61,832 nt of DNA, filler included, from Sphacelaria rigidula (GCA_964200075.2; 10 parts of 10 records of this genome joined end to end with filler, not necessarily neighbours in it), one strand, 5' to 3'; numbered from the whole stretch's first letter, positions 12,970-25,330 are shown. Translations and numbers: made by a program. Notes: generated from the letters alone by a model not told the origin.

Positions 12970-13338
12970 CCGGTCGCCCCGGTGGCTCAGTTGGTAACCT
13001 CGTAACCTTCTGATGGTTGNNNNNNNNNNAGGGGGGTTCGATTCCCGGAGCGATCTGGAATCGTTTCTCACACTATGCCCAACAACAGTGGAGAGCGACT
13101 ATGTCGTGGGTACACAAAGTCGACGAGGGGAAGGGACTGCTGACTGCTGGACCCCTCTCGCGATAAAAATAAAAGACAAGCACCGCAGAAGGAAGGTGGG
13201 GCATTAAAATCAAATAAAAACGAAAAAGCTCCTGTGTTGACCTTCCTGCTGTGTGGCCCCGGCTGATGCGTCCACATACACCGAAAGGTGGAGACTGGTT
13301 CCCAGAATAAATGGGACGAGAATACACAACACACACAC
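12970..13338 (+). mobile_element. tRNA-derived SINE, copy 1
   Basis: Pol III A box TGGCTCAGTTGG, B box GGTTCGATTCC, shared body and (CA)n tail. Confidence 0.85.
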
Positions 13339-14431
13339 TCATGTACGGCAGCGGTTTGCGTACATTTTTCTGGGCGAAAGTATATTTATAAAAAATGTAA
13401 GCCGATGTCACCGCGCGCCTGCGAGACTACCTGCTGTGTATACTGAAGTGCCGCAGGTGTATCGGAGGACTTTAGCACGATCGTGTGTGAGACTGCTTAA
13501 CTTCATTGGCTTTACCTCAGTCGTTCCTGTTTATGCTGCGAAAAACACGATAGGCGGCCAGCAAGGGTCAGCAGCAGCAGCAGCAGCAGCTGACAATCCC
13601 GGACCAAAACCGGGTTCATGATGCGCTGACCCACTGGACGGAGTAACAGTTTTTCTCATAACACGAGATCCTGCATCCCTAAGGGTAGGCCTTTGATCAA
13701 GCAGAGGGTTCTCTAAGTGACAGAAGTGCTGACAAGAATTCTCCACGCACCTGTTGAGAGCAGCGAGAGTTTTCGGAAGCACGGACACATCACCCGTGGG
13801 GGGGGAAGAGGGGGGGTGTTATATCCCGTCAGCGTACAGCCACAGAAGCGCGTGTATCCCTCGGGGGGTTTCAGCGTGAGGGCTGCAGCCAGGCGCGCAC
13901 ATAGCTCTAGAGGATACGAAGAAAATTGCAGGAAGTCAACATGGACAGTCCGGATATATCCCGTGCCACCACGTACATTTTTTGCGACAACGACAACAGC
14001 GCGGCGGCGAACCTATTGAGGGACCGCACTGCTGCCACTACTGTCATATTGGCTGTGTCTCGTCCTGATCATGGTTGCAATACCAAAATGATTGAACATA
14101 CGCCAACATCATGTCAGCGACATCACGATCAAGATGATGTGAAGGCCCTACGTGGAAATGATGCAAGCCGCTACACGTCGACCACTGTTACCTCCACTAT
14201 TGGTGCTACTACCGCTGCGTCGGCTTGTGTTCCTTGCTCGAGTCAAGATTCAGCTAGTGACTCTGGAGACTTCGATGGTGATCGTAGCAGCGAGGCAGAC
14301 CGGCGAGATCAGGGATATTCTGTTGCCATTGTCAGTGTCGTTGTGCATGAGGTGGGCATCACCATCATCAGTCTCGCGTGGTCCAACGGTACAAGAGCAT
14401 TCGTGAAGCGTACCTCCCCCCCCCCAGAGTG

Positions 14432-14612
14432 AAACACGAAGAGGATAAGATATGTGAAAGGCTCTTGTGTAAATATCGGAAAAAAATATAATTAGTACCC
14501 GGACGTTGGGGGTGTCTCTATTACGTGTAGGAACGGTGCCCCGTCTCAGAAGGGATGCGTGGTCAATAGTCAAATGACTCAGGCATACAAAAAATGAGTA
14601 CACCCCCCCCAT
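14432..14612 (+). mobile_element. LINE 3' end with poly(C) tail
   Basis: ...GGAACGGTGCCCCGTCTCAGAAGGGATGCGTGGTCAATAG...AAATGAGTACACCCCCCCC. Confidence 0.88.
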
Positions 14613-15229
14613 CCCCCAAGCGAACGCATGCCGTGAGTCACTGAGACCTACAAAACGCAAAATGAGTCATAGCATGGGCTGAAAAATCAGTGATTCGTGT
14701 GGTTAATTCATTTAGGCATGTGGCGCGTCAAGTTGCTTACACCGAAGCACAAAAGGGAAAGCAGGGCGCGTGTGGTTCGCAACGAGGGTGTAAGACGCAA
14801 GGCCACTGTTGATGCTTATCGAAGGGTGGAACCCTGACACAACCGGTTTTTGCCAATGGGGCAGTCCAGAAGAGGTGTAACCTGCTGTTCTTCGTTCAGC
14901 ATCACATTTCGGCAGATGCAAATATCAATCCTTTCCCTACGAAAATATCGGTTTCTATCGTCGCGCATCGTTTGGATACTGAGTTGGTGCGATTACAACA
15001 AACTCCTAAAATACTTCATCGTTTTTTTCCGCGCGTATGCACACCTACAACTCGTCGAATCCACGTTAATCGCATGATGTCATGCGACACTCGCCACGAT
15101 ACATGTGGTAAAATGATACTGGAGCAACTCCTCCTTCCGGAAAAAGTAATCTGAGACGTCAACTGAATGGTAAAAGGTGGGTTTACGTCAACCCGTCGTT
15201 AAAGATCCATGGTTGACAAAAACTGTAAG

Positions 15230-15577
15230 CCGGTCGCCCCGGTGGCTCAGTTAGTAACCTCGGAACCTTCTGACGGTTGGGCCGTGGGTTCGAATCTCGG
15301 AGCGATCTGGGATTTTTCTCACACAGTGCCCAACAGTGGAGAGCGACCACGTGGTTGGTGGGTACAAAGCATTCGACTTAATGGTCGACGAGGGATTGGG
15401 AGTGCTGAACCACTCTCGCAATAACAAAAAAAAAGTAAGCACCGCAGAAGGAAGGTGGAGTACTTGAAAAAGAAAAAACTCCTGTGTTGTCCTTCCTCGT
15501 GTGTGACCCCGGCTGGTGCGCCCACATACACCGAAAGTTGTGGACCGGTATCCAGAAGAGATGGGACTACAACACAC
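15230..15577 (+). mobile_element. tRNA-derived SINE, copy 2, with a probable target-site duplication
   Basis: A box TGGCTCAGTTAG, B box GGTTCGAATCT, CA tail; flanked by AAACTGTAAG and AAACTGTGAAG. Confidence 0.88.
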
Positions 15578-17074
15578 CAAACTGTGAAGGACCAGTTTTG
15601 GTGAAACCCTAATAACAAACCTGACAACATCCCGAATCCATAAGCAAGACCAAGAAGTTCCTCGGGCAAGGGCAGGCTCCAGAGTGCCGACAATCCCCAA
15701 CGTACACGTTGGTGGGGCTCAAAACCGGAGCCGATTTGTGCAAAATCGCGTGTTCCTCACGGTTGCAAGCACTTTCGGGCCAGCAGTCCTCCGAAAATCT
15801 GAGTATGATTGTTCACACTAACAATAAGCTCGCAACGAGCACATATTTTTGGCGTCGGTTTCGAGTAAACTCCACGGGAATCGCATTTCAGTGTAATTGT
15901 TGGATAATACTCCCGAGTACCAGATTGCATCGGCCGAAAAACACCTTCATAGATTAATATAACAGATATGGATGTATAGCTAGAGCACCCGCCCTCAAAT
16001 ATGGCTGAACGCACGCACACCTCACCGAGCCCGTGTGACTCGTCCCTTGTAGTACATCAAACAACGGAAATGACCGGAACCTCACGACACCCATCTTATT
16101 CCCTCCTCTCTTCACCACTATTGCAATGTAGCGGTTCTGCCGTCCTTTGTGGCTTTCAGTCACTCGCATATATCGCCTGTATCGGCGTCAAAAAAACATA
16201 TAGATGATATGAAGCTGAGGACACGATCCAAACTTCTCGCTCGGCGTTGCGTTGATGATTGTTACGCACGATCTAGATAGATGTGATGGGTGTTCCCCTA
16301 GGTGTTTCTGTTGGGCGCATGTTACTCTGTAGAGCTGAACGCTATTGCTGCAGTGTCCCTAACTATATATTCGTGACGGTTCTCATCCGTTTCTTGGACC
16401 AACTATCAATGATGTTACAACCGTCCGTTGGTGACGGAGGAGCCCAGCTCGACCCTGACGCCAGCCCCGAGATCGCAACAGCGTAATGATACACAGTCCC
16501 CCGTAAGCACGAGATACCGACGCATTGTAAGTTGTGAGTCCAGTTATTGTGTCGATGCGGAGATACTCGGGAACATTTTCCGGGGAGAAAGGGGCGTGAT
16601 CATTGTGGCGTCCGTGAGCGGCATATGAACGGGAAAGGAGACGAATGTGTGGGCGCCATGGTTGGAGATGGCGGATGGACCCCCATGCGCGCAGTGTGGT
16701 GTATCAGGTACAGTGTAGCAAGTGATGGCCCAGAACATGTACTTTTGCGGCCGACTGGTAGCACAGATAAGGTACGATTTGAAAATAGTCCCTGGATCAG
16801 GTATACCTGGTGAGTATCCGGCCTGTAGTAGAAAGGGGACGTAGCTTCTCGAGGCGAGACGTCCTTTTGCGCATGGCCGTATCTCGAAAGTCAAAAGTTT
16901 TTTTTTTTCGAGGCATTGGTGTCAGGGAGCCCCCCAATTGATGTGCGTGAAAAAATCGGAAGCGGTCAAGATGGTGTAATGTGCGAGTTTCGCATTTCTA
17001 GTCAGTTTTCGTACCTTTCTTGGGCAAAAAACGAGAAGGTGTGAGTTTTCCAGGCAAATGCCCGAAGAAAAATA

Positions 17075-17181
17075 AGATCCTGTGTTGGCCCTTCTCCTGT
17101 GTGACCCCGGCTGATGCGCCCACATCTACCGAAAGGTGTAGACTGGCATCCAGAATAGATGGGATGACAACACACACACAC
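17075..17181 (+). mobile_element. 5'-truncated SINE, copy 3
   Basis: TCCTGTGTTGGCCCTTC..CCCCGGCTGATGCGCCCACATCTACCGAAAGGTGTAGACTGG..ATGGGATGACAACACACAC matches the 3' third of the other copies. Confidence 0.85.
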
Positions 17182-17493
17182 ATCGACGTGATTTGGATGT
17201 ATTTATTGTCGTACATTAAGTGATCCCCAATATAGTACTGACCCAGCCGTGGTCGTTATCCACGGGATAGACGTACCCCGAGGTAAACAAAGTGAGAATG
17301 CTCACTGGAGAAAAAGAATGCACGACCTCACACCTAGAAACCAAGTATAATATTCAGATTCGCAAAAGCAAATTACACGCGCACATGCACGAAAAAACAG
17401 GGCTGCTAGAAATTCGGGCATCCTCTCCGACAACACATGTTTCATTTGCTTGTCTTTGTGAGCAGTTTAGTCGTTTCTCTCTCGTAATCCACG

Positions 17494-17494
17494 T

Positions 17495-17543
<49 letters not shown>

Positions 17544-17722
17544 GCTACTGCTACTACTACTGAGCCTTCGGGTAATCGGCACACGAACTCGCTCGCGATC
17601 GTTGCGATCGCCAGCGGGGTAAGTGTTGGGTTGGGTTTCCTCATTCCATCAAGGAAAAAACAAACAAACTACTACTAGTACTAGTACTACTACTACTGCT
17701 ACTACTACTACCCCACCACTAC
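17494..17722. repeat. Two (TAC)n microsatellite tracts
   Basis: Seen directly at about 17494-17561 and 17669-17722. Confidence 0.95.
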
Positions 17723-18024
17723 TCATGTCTTCTTGAACCTTTGACTGCCGCTGGCGGAGTTTTTCGTGACTCGTCTTGGTCTTCATCCATCGGTGCTTCT
17801 GCAAGTGAAGATCAGTCAATCACGAGCAGTCAACAGGTTGAAGCAGGCATGCTTCAGTGCTCTTTTGAAGGGCGCGCTCCTTTGGGCATGTTCTGACACT
17901 AGCCTCTGAAACACAGAAGCAAACGCCGGCTCCCCTGCGCCCGCATTGATCAACCTGGTACACCAACGGCCGGTTTCGATTTGAGCGGACCTTGTTGGCG
18001 CGGTCGAATCCCGAGGGACGTGAC

Positions 18025-18345
18025 CATAGGGATCTTTTTTCCGTTCAAGAATCCGGTTTCATTGTTTCGAAAGGATGATGACATGCGTCGGACAGATCAT
18101 GATCAATCTGAAAATTGCCTCTTCTCAGTATACTAATCCGGATCACGATCGGATCATTTGGCCCGCCCTTTTCCATGTTAGCTCCTGACTGCGCCGGACG
18201 CCGAGCACCCCGAGTACCGCAAAGGTTGCGCTTTGGCTTCTCTGACTCCGCCGTCACATGTTTTGTATTTCTGCACCACCGGATTCGAGAGTATTCTTTA
18301 ATTAGTTGTTCCTGATAGATCATGATCTGTCCGACGTGTGAAATT
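18025..18345 (+). repeat. Dispersed repeat, probably a non-autonomous DNA transposon; second copy at about 46740-46990 in a COPB2 intron
   Basis: Shared GAAAATTGC..TCTCAGT.TACT.ATCCGGATCA.GATC..TTCCATGTT.GCTCCTG..CCGGACG..CCGAGTA.CGCA..TTGCGCTTTG..TGACTCCG..GTCACAT. Confidence 0.75.
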
Positions 18346-18365
18346 TTTCAGGCAGGTAGTACCAT

Positions 18366-18445
18366 GGGAGGGGCATAATTCATTTGCTGCTCGCCTTCGT
18401 CGTTTGATCATTGACCACGCATCTCTTCGAGACGGGGCAACGACT
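18366..18445 (-). mobile_element. LINE 3' end fragment; further fragments on the next contig at 18582-18640 and 20118-20245
   Basis: CATTTGYTG..GCCTT.GTCGTTTGA.CATTGACCACGCAT..TTCGAGACGG matches the family terminus. Confidence 0.75.
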
Positions 18446-19450
18446 ACGGGAGAAGGAGAAGGGGGGGGGGGGGGGGAAAAANNNNNNNNNNNNNNNNNNN
18501 NNNNNNNNNNNNNNNNNNNNNNNNNTTAATTAATTAANNNNNNNNNNNNNNNNNNNNNNNNNNNNNNNNNNNNNNNNNNNNCTTGCCTTAGTCGTTTGAC
18601 CATTGAACACTCATCCCTTTCGAGACGGAGCACCAAGAGAATAGGAGGGGGGTCGGACGTGGAGGGTAGGACATAGAAGCGTGCACGAGATTAGTGGGGT
18701 GACGTGGGGGAAACTTCTCCTGCCCCCGACGTATAGTCGCAAAGGAATGAGTGTGCCCTCGACCTTGCAGACAAAAAGCGACGGTCCCCAATCCTCGCCA
18801 GTGATCAGCCTGCCACGTACACCGTTCCATCAGCTCGATCCTCATTCATCGATAGCCGTTGGTGATGTTTACGAGTGGAACGAGTCACAAAATCATGATG
18901 ATGTCAAACAGACTAAACTCCGTACTCCTGCGTACGATGACACCCGATGGTGTCTGTCTAGGTTCTCTTCGTTCATTTTGTGTTTGTACTGGATGTTCAA
19001 ATGTCTCTTGGTCAAGATTTGAAGTGATGTTACTTATCCTGAGAGCAAACCGACACCTCCTCGCGAACACACACGCCAGAAAAGTCATATTCGTACCTTT
19101 TCCCAGTAAACCTTCTCTGTGCCCGCTCTCCGTTCAGTACCCGCCTTCAACGTATGCCGTCCAAGAGACATAAGACGTGTGTACCCGTCTCTTGACCACG
19201 GCTGAATTCGTAGTGGGTGAGCTAATGTCAACTCGTAGTGGATCACTTCTGTTTAATGTAAGGCAAAAATTGAATCAACCGATCGATCACTGGCATCCGC
19301 AAATCTACACGTGGCCGTTCACCTGCTGTGCTCACCACCCGGTGTGTGGGCGGATGCGAATGTCAAACATGCCGACTGAACACCGCGGTCATCCTACCCG
19401 TTAGACTCTGTGTCTGCTCGCTGCGTGCGATGCAGCATGAAATCGTGCAC

Positions 19451-19644
19451 CCACCATGAAGGCTTCCACGCTTCCATTCCCCTTCCAGCACCTCCTTTCC
19501 GGGGCCACGCAACACGCCTTTTCCGTGATATAAATCGCCCTGGAAGTTCCCCTCGTATATCTGCCCCGTTCCCGTGTGCATTATACCCTCGCCCTGCTTC
19601 AATCCCCTCGCCCACGCGCCCTCGTACGTGCGCCCGCGGATTTC
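19451..19644 (-). CDS. MORN-repeat protein, internal exon
   Basis: EIRGRTYEGAWARGLKQGEGIMHTGTGQIYEGNFQGDLYHGKGVLRGPGKEVLEGEWKRGSLHG gives three YEGxW/F..G..HG.G MORN repeats. AAG acceptor; donor position uncertain by 4 nt. Confidence 0.88.
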
Positions 19645-21623
19645 CTTGTTTAGAGGCGGATACGTTTAGTTTTTGGCATCTCGCAAAACAACAACGCACA
19701 CACACACACACACAAGCACGCATGCACACATAATGGTGTGTTTTCTAGTCTACTGGCGGCAGGTTGTACCTTATTACAACGAGGCACGATGGCAATGCCT
19801 GAACGGCTCCGTTTCGACGAGGAAAGCAGGGTTAAGCGATGTCTTCCTGTGTCATGATGTGTTGAGTACCGAGAAATGAAATGGCGATACATCGTACGGC
19901 TCATTGAGGCAATTAATTCTCCATACATGAAAAACAAAAACCGTTCGGAGTGTTTCTTGAGGAGGGGGATGTACTTCGATGGGACGTGATGGATGTTCGT
20001 TTCACACCTCTTTGCCACGGTAAACCGATTTTAAGGGTCACACATGTGATTCTTGGCTCGTGCTGTGAAGAAACTCCACTTTTGTGAATAACTTGGTTTT
20101 GTTTCAGTAGATCTATTGGGAGGGGGCGAACTCATTTGTTGCGTGCCTTAGTCGTTTGACCACTTACCACGCATTCCTTTCGAGACGGAGCACCGTTCCT
20201 ACTCCTAATTGAGACACCTCCAACATTTAGGTGCTTGTTACGCCTACTATGGGGGGGTGGGAGATTACCACCTACTTGTTAGATATATGTATGGATTACT
20301 ATTTACTTTTCGTACTGTATTCGAGCACAATGACTCGGGGGCTCATGTCAACCTAACTCAGGCTCTATTCCAATATATTGTTGTGACGGAGAACACTGTG
20401 ATAATTAGTACCAGAAGGTCCGTCCGCGCGTTTATTTCATTCGCGTTTTTTAAACCGACCGTAGAGTTGGTTGCAAAGAACGCCCTGGATTGGTGCGTGT
20501 TAAAATAATACCCGGGGCGTCTGTTTTGTTGTCTCGAAATACCTATGTGACTGAAAAAACGGAACAAAGAATCGAAAATGCCGTGTTGTTACAGATAAAC
20601 ACCACTGCATGTGATCATGTACATCTTGGGCATGAACCGATGCATGTCAGTCTGCCTCGAGAAGATCGCCGGCGTAATGTAATCAGAAATATTACAGCGG
20701 GTCGAAATTGGCCCTGAAGAATTGAAGCATGCTCATTTTTACCCCCCGGAGCAACATGCTGTCCATCGGGAACCAAACGCAGATTTTGGACAACATCCCC
20801 CTACTATGGCGAAAAATGGCCGTTTTCCTCTGATCGGAGATCTAATGGCAGATTCGGAAATTGTTCGGTTGTGCGGTTCCCGGGAACGTTCTCTCGTGTC
20901 CCAGCTTTCAAAGACAAGCGAGAAAGGTGCATGCGTCCTGGTGTGAAATTTGACCGAAGAAATAATAGAGAAGCACGGTTCAGCTGACGTCTGATGATGG
21001 AACTTAAATTGCCAGTCAGCCGGCAAGCACATTTTCCAGTCAAACACTGCAGACTGCGACTCTTGTATGTGATAATGTTCGTGATTACCTTTGCATGAAC
21101 ATTTATTCCTGTGATGGATGCAGGGAAACAAGGTACACACCACCCACACGCAGTAAGTACCCTTCCTGGTCGGTGCAAATAGCCGTCCTTCCTTCGAAAA
21201 TGTAGTACAACAGTGCTACGGCATCCCTCGAACCATGATGCTCCTCGAAGACTACGGAGGCGTGGGCATGGTCCATCGCATTTTTTCGACAATTAGAGTA
21301 CTACTCATCGACGACCGCGCCGAGACGTGCGCCCCGCGGAACGATATGGCGGACATCTGCGGATGGACACCCCATTTCCTTCGGTCAGTCGAAAATCGTT
21401 TCAAGCGGTGAATCGCGCGTGAAGAAATTGCGTGTCGCCAGCGCCTTCTTACAGGATACTATTGCGGTGATGGTACCATTGGCTTCTTCATGAGGGCGTG
21501 CCTGGGCGTCAAATCGGACGGCTATGCAGAGTAGTGTGGGTGCATGCCCTTCTTCACACAATCTAGAATCTTTTGTCAAAAGGAGTGCCTAGAAGCTACA
21601 GCTTCTCCATCAAGATACTTCAC

Positions 21624-21702
21624 CTCGCCGTTCTCGAATAGCATTCCGTACTTCATGCGCCCGTGTCCGTGGAACTGGTTGGCTTTGAAGTTCCCCTGGT
21701 AT
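21624..21702 (-). CDS. MORN-repeat protein, preceding exon
   Basis: CAG acceptor, YQGNFKANQFHGHGRMKYGMLFENGE, GTGAAG donor; joins the exon starting at 19644 in phase 0. Confidence 0.82.
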
Positions 21703-22649
21703 CTGCGGAGAACGCCAGCGATGGAAATGTACAGAGCGTCGCTTTTACCCATGCCTATATTCCCTTCTTCTCAATGGTCAGCACAAGATATGGAAGTTGA
21801 TGGTATATCCCCCTTCTCTGCGGCCGGCACAAAATATGGAGGTGGATGATGTGGATGTTTGCGTCGTGATTTGTTCAAGAGTACCTCGAGCTCAGACCCA
21901 CAGATTACACTGGGAGTTCACGAAACCTTACTCGCGTCGAGTCATAATCTCCTTTCATGAGGGCAGTGGGAAGGGGCTACAAAGTTCTCCTCCTGACAGG
22001 TCTCATGGGAGACTGGCTACCGCGGGCACTGCGTCGGTGCTCTAGCTCTAGTTGTGGAGTCTGGGTTCGTGGATGTATCGCGGAGCGCACACAGGTTCAT
22101 AGTTTTGAAGACAGCGAGTTCCTTGTTGGAGATCAGACAAGTAGTAAGCTCGGGACCCCAGGCCCGCGAGGATCGTGCTCTGTTGGTTGCTTTTCTTATC
22201 AAGTATTCACGACAGACGCCTTATATCTATCGATCCGGCAGAAACCTCACGACTCGCGTTGTTGATAGCTTCTGCTTCACTGGTCCTTCGATGCTATTTC
22301 TTGCGTAATGGCAAGTCGATACCGATGCTGTAAATTGGGAGGGGCTCAAGAGTGGGGAAGGAAGGTTGAGGTGTGTCTCAGATGAGGATCACATCATGAA
22401 CGACAATGAGGCGTTACTACCTAGGGACCAGGGACTGCAGGTTCGTGAAAGGGCTCACGACACCATAATAACTGCTACTCCTCGCAGATTGAATTCTACT
22501 CCCTCGTCTGAGCCTTAGGACATCACCCCTCAGACTCCAAAGATAGAGCGAAAAGGAAGCCAATGCAGGCACCAGGAGCGGAGGGTCGCAACTGGACTGG
22601 CCACATAATGAGTAGCGTGAAGCTTGAGTCATGAACGCCAAGGGCCGTC

Positions 22650-23210
22650 GATGAAAACGCACAACCGAAGTGATAGCATTATCGGGCCGACAAGATCGAT
22701 TTCAGCGAGCCAACAGAGGTTCTCGCTACCCTTGAACTAAAAGTAGGCTCGTTTAGGAAGTCTCAATACATGGGGCACCAGCTCGCAACTGTAAGAAAAG
22801 AAGCGCAATCCTTTGTCGCGACGCAGCTCGTGAGCTACCGTGTCACAGCGCATGTTGTGATATGTTAAGTTGCGCGCAAGATGCTACCCTTGACGTCCAG
22901 TCCAATACAAGATACGTACACGGCAATAAAGCGGATCTCAGATTTGCATTCCTACGATTCTCCGCAAAGGCCATCCCGGTGGGTCTCGTGCATGGTCATG
23001 ATCTTGCCGGCGCGACCGAAAATAATCGAACGGCTCATGAGTTTTGGACGTGTGAAGGCGCAGTGCTTGTCGGTAACGTCGGCGGCGGTTATGCGATCAG
23101 GGCGGCGAGAAACGGGTCTGTCTTTGTGAATTCCGCGACCCTGAACGCGGGCGTCGTGTAGCTGTCGGGCGGCTTGTAAACGCGCATGTCGCATACTGCC
23201 ATCCATCTTC
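22650..23210 (-). pseudogene. Possible highly decayed DNA-transposase sequence (hAT/ZNF862-like) in the MORN gene region
   Basis: Coding-like fragments with stops, e.g. DRITAADVTDKH and SLKSILSAR*CYHF; resemblance by eye only. Confidence 0.25.
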
Positions 23211-23768
23211 AGGTTTTGTCCGTTCGCCCCTTCGCCCCGACTACTTCTCGCAGGGTAGGTGGAGTCTCAACATGAATCCAGACACCCATGAACCCTACTC
23301 ATTGATGCGCACACGTCAGTAGTGGTGGTGAGAGGAACATGACCGTGATCGCGCTAGATCTCGGGCTCAACTTGCGCTTATCAACACTGTGGCTCCATTG
23401 TTTGCGCATCACATAGAGGGCAAAATGCGGACCAATTGTTCGACATGTGGACGGTGGAAGTGCACGTTGAAGCACTTCTCGTCTTGCTGCACCCGCAGAT
23501 CGTCATTTTTCATCTCAGTTCCGGTGCAACAACGACGAAGTAGCGAACTGTACTACTTTCGTGCCCCTCGGAATGAAGCGCCGAAGCCACGCTGTGTAAA
23601 AGATTTCTCACGTTCCGCCGTTCATGTAGGTCAGGATTCCCACACCTTCGCGCAGACCGTCGACAAACTCGCCCTGCAATAAAGGTCAGTTTTGGCAAAG
23701 TCGCGGGATCAGGCGGAAGGTAAAACGTAGAGTTAATGAGATATACATATAGCTGAACAGAGCCCTAG

Positions 23769-24434
23769 GGTGCCTTGTATTACATTTCAACCTCCATCTA
23801 GGACGTGAATATCCCCAATGGACATCCGTCTGGGGTATTGCGTCCCAGATGAGTATTCATCTGGGATGTGGACGCCCATCTGGGGTATTCATCTGGGATA
23901 TCAAATCCTTCTGGGATATCCCTCATGTATATGATCATTCCTCTGGAATATGGAGGTCCAATTAGGATATCCATATCTGCGGCGAACGTTCATCCGGTAT
24001 GTGAATATCCATCTAGGATGTCCATCTTGGATGCCCTTCTGCATGATCCATCTCGGATGTTGATATCCACATGGGATCCCCCGGATAGGTGTCCATATCC
24101 CGAACGGACGTCCAGATCCCAGATGGATTTGATGTCCCACATGGATATCCCAGATGCATCTGACGTCCCAGATGGATATCCCAGATGAATCTGATATCCC
24201 AGGTGAATATCCCGGATATATGGCCATATCCCATATGGATATCTGGGATGTGATATCTCAGATGAACGTCCCTCTGGCATGTGGATATCCATCTAGGACG
24301 GCCATCTAGAATATTTATCTGGGTGATCCATCCATCTGGGACGTGAATATCCGCGTGGGATATCCCAGACGCGTATCCATATCTTAGAGGGATATCCCAG
24401 AGAGACGTCCATATCCAGATACTGCAAGACCATG
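23769..24434. mobile_element. Non-autonomous DNA element (about 670 bp) built from many GGATATCC / CATCTGGG / CCCAGATG motifs
   Basis: Flanked by the direct repeat GAGCCCTAG at 23760-23768 and 24435-24443; motif orientation flips across the element. Confidence 0.75.
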
Positions 24435-24601
24435 GAGCCCTAGCGCTACACCATTCCTTATTCGTACTGCATCGTAACTTGACCGCGAGACTTTTTTCTT
24501 CAGCCGACAGTCACCTCAATCAAACGGAAACCAGTGTCCTGACGATCTAGAGCATCGGATGATTTCAAAACACATGAATTATTCCAACCCCTCCTCACCA
24601 C

Positions 24602-24674
24602 TGCTCCGTCTCGAAAGGGATGCGTGGTCAATGGTCAAATGACTAAGGCAAGCAACAAATGAGTACGCCCCCCC
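24602..24674 (+). mobile_element. LINE 3' end with poly(C) tail at a contig end
   Basis: TGCTCCGTCTCGAAAGGGATGCGTGGTCAATGGTCAAATGACTAAGGCAAGCAACAAATGAGTACGCCCCCCC. Confidence 0.9.
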
Positions 24675-24889
24675 NNNNNNNNNNNNNNNNNNNNNNNNNN
24701 NNNNNNNNNNNNNNNNNNTTAATTAATTAANNNNNNNNNNNNNNNNNNNNNNNNNNNNNNNNNNNNNNNNNNNNTAAACGCCTGTTAGTAAATCGAGCTT
24801 ATATTTTGCGCTTTTCCAAACGAGCTTATATTTCGCCCCAGAGGAAGTATAATTTACGGGGCAAGAGGATGAATTATTTTCAATAGTCT

Positions 24890-25330
24890 TTGCAGCATTT
24901 CGAATCCCATCCGCTGATTATGGTGCGGTGTGCGGAACTTGCACAGTTGAGGCTGTTCGCCCGAAGTTCTCTTTTTGCCCAATTCTCCTGTATATATGTC
25001 CCAAATCTGCCGGTGTGTAACGGATTTGTGGAGCAGATGAAGCTGTTCAAAACAAATCCTTTTTTTGCCCAACTCAATTAATTAATTGGGCAAAAAAAGG
25101 ATATATTTTGAACAGCTCTATTTGCTCCACAAATCCCGCACATGTGTATGGGACTTGTGTAGAAGATCAAGCTGTTCAAGATAGATCCTTTTTTTGCCCA
25201 ATCAAACTGGGTAAAAAAAGGATCCATTTCGAATAGCTTCTTCTGCTGTCCGAAATAATTCCTCTTTTCGCCCGATTGCTCAATTGAAAATCGTTCAAAA
25301 AGAGGAATTGTTTCGGACAGCTTCTCTACA
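24890..25330. repeat. Array of 50-60 bp units in alternating orientation (stacked hairpins)
   Basis: GGATTTGTGGAGCAG..AGCTGTTCAAAA..TCCTTTTTTTGCCCAA and its inverse TTGGGCAAAAAAAGGA..TTTTGAACAGCT..TGCTCCACAAATCC, followed by a second such pair. Confidence 0.85.

Noticed and set aside
12972..13057. Possible tRNA genes (also at 15232 and 40138)
   Set aside because: A and B boxes are present, but the cloverleaf is irregular and each head continues into the same ~280-bp body and CA tail, so these are SINE heads.
23790..24420. CRISPR-like or coding repeat ORFs (23868..24292)
   Set aside because: Motifs are short, degenerate and irregularly spaced with no unique spacers and no cas genes; the ORFs arise from low complexity.
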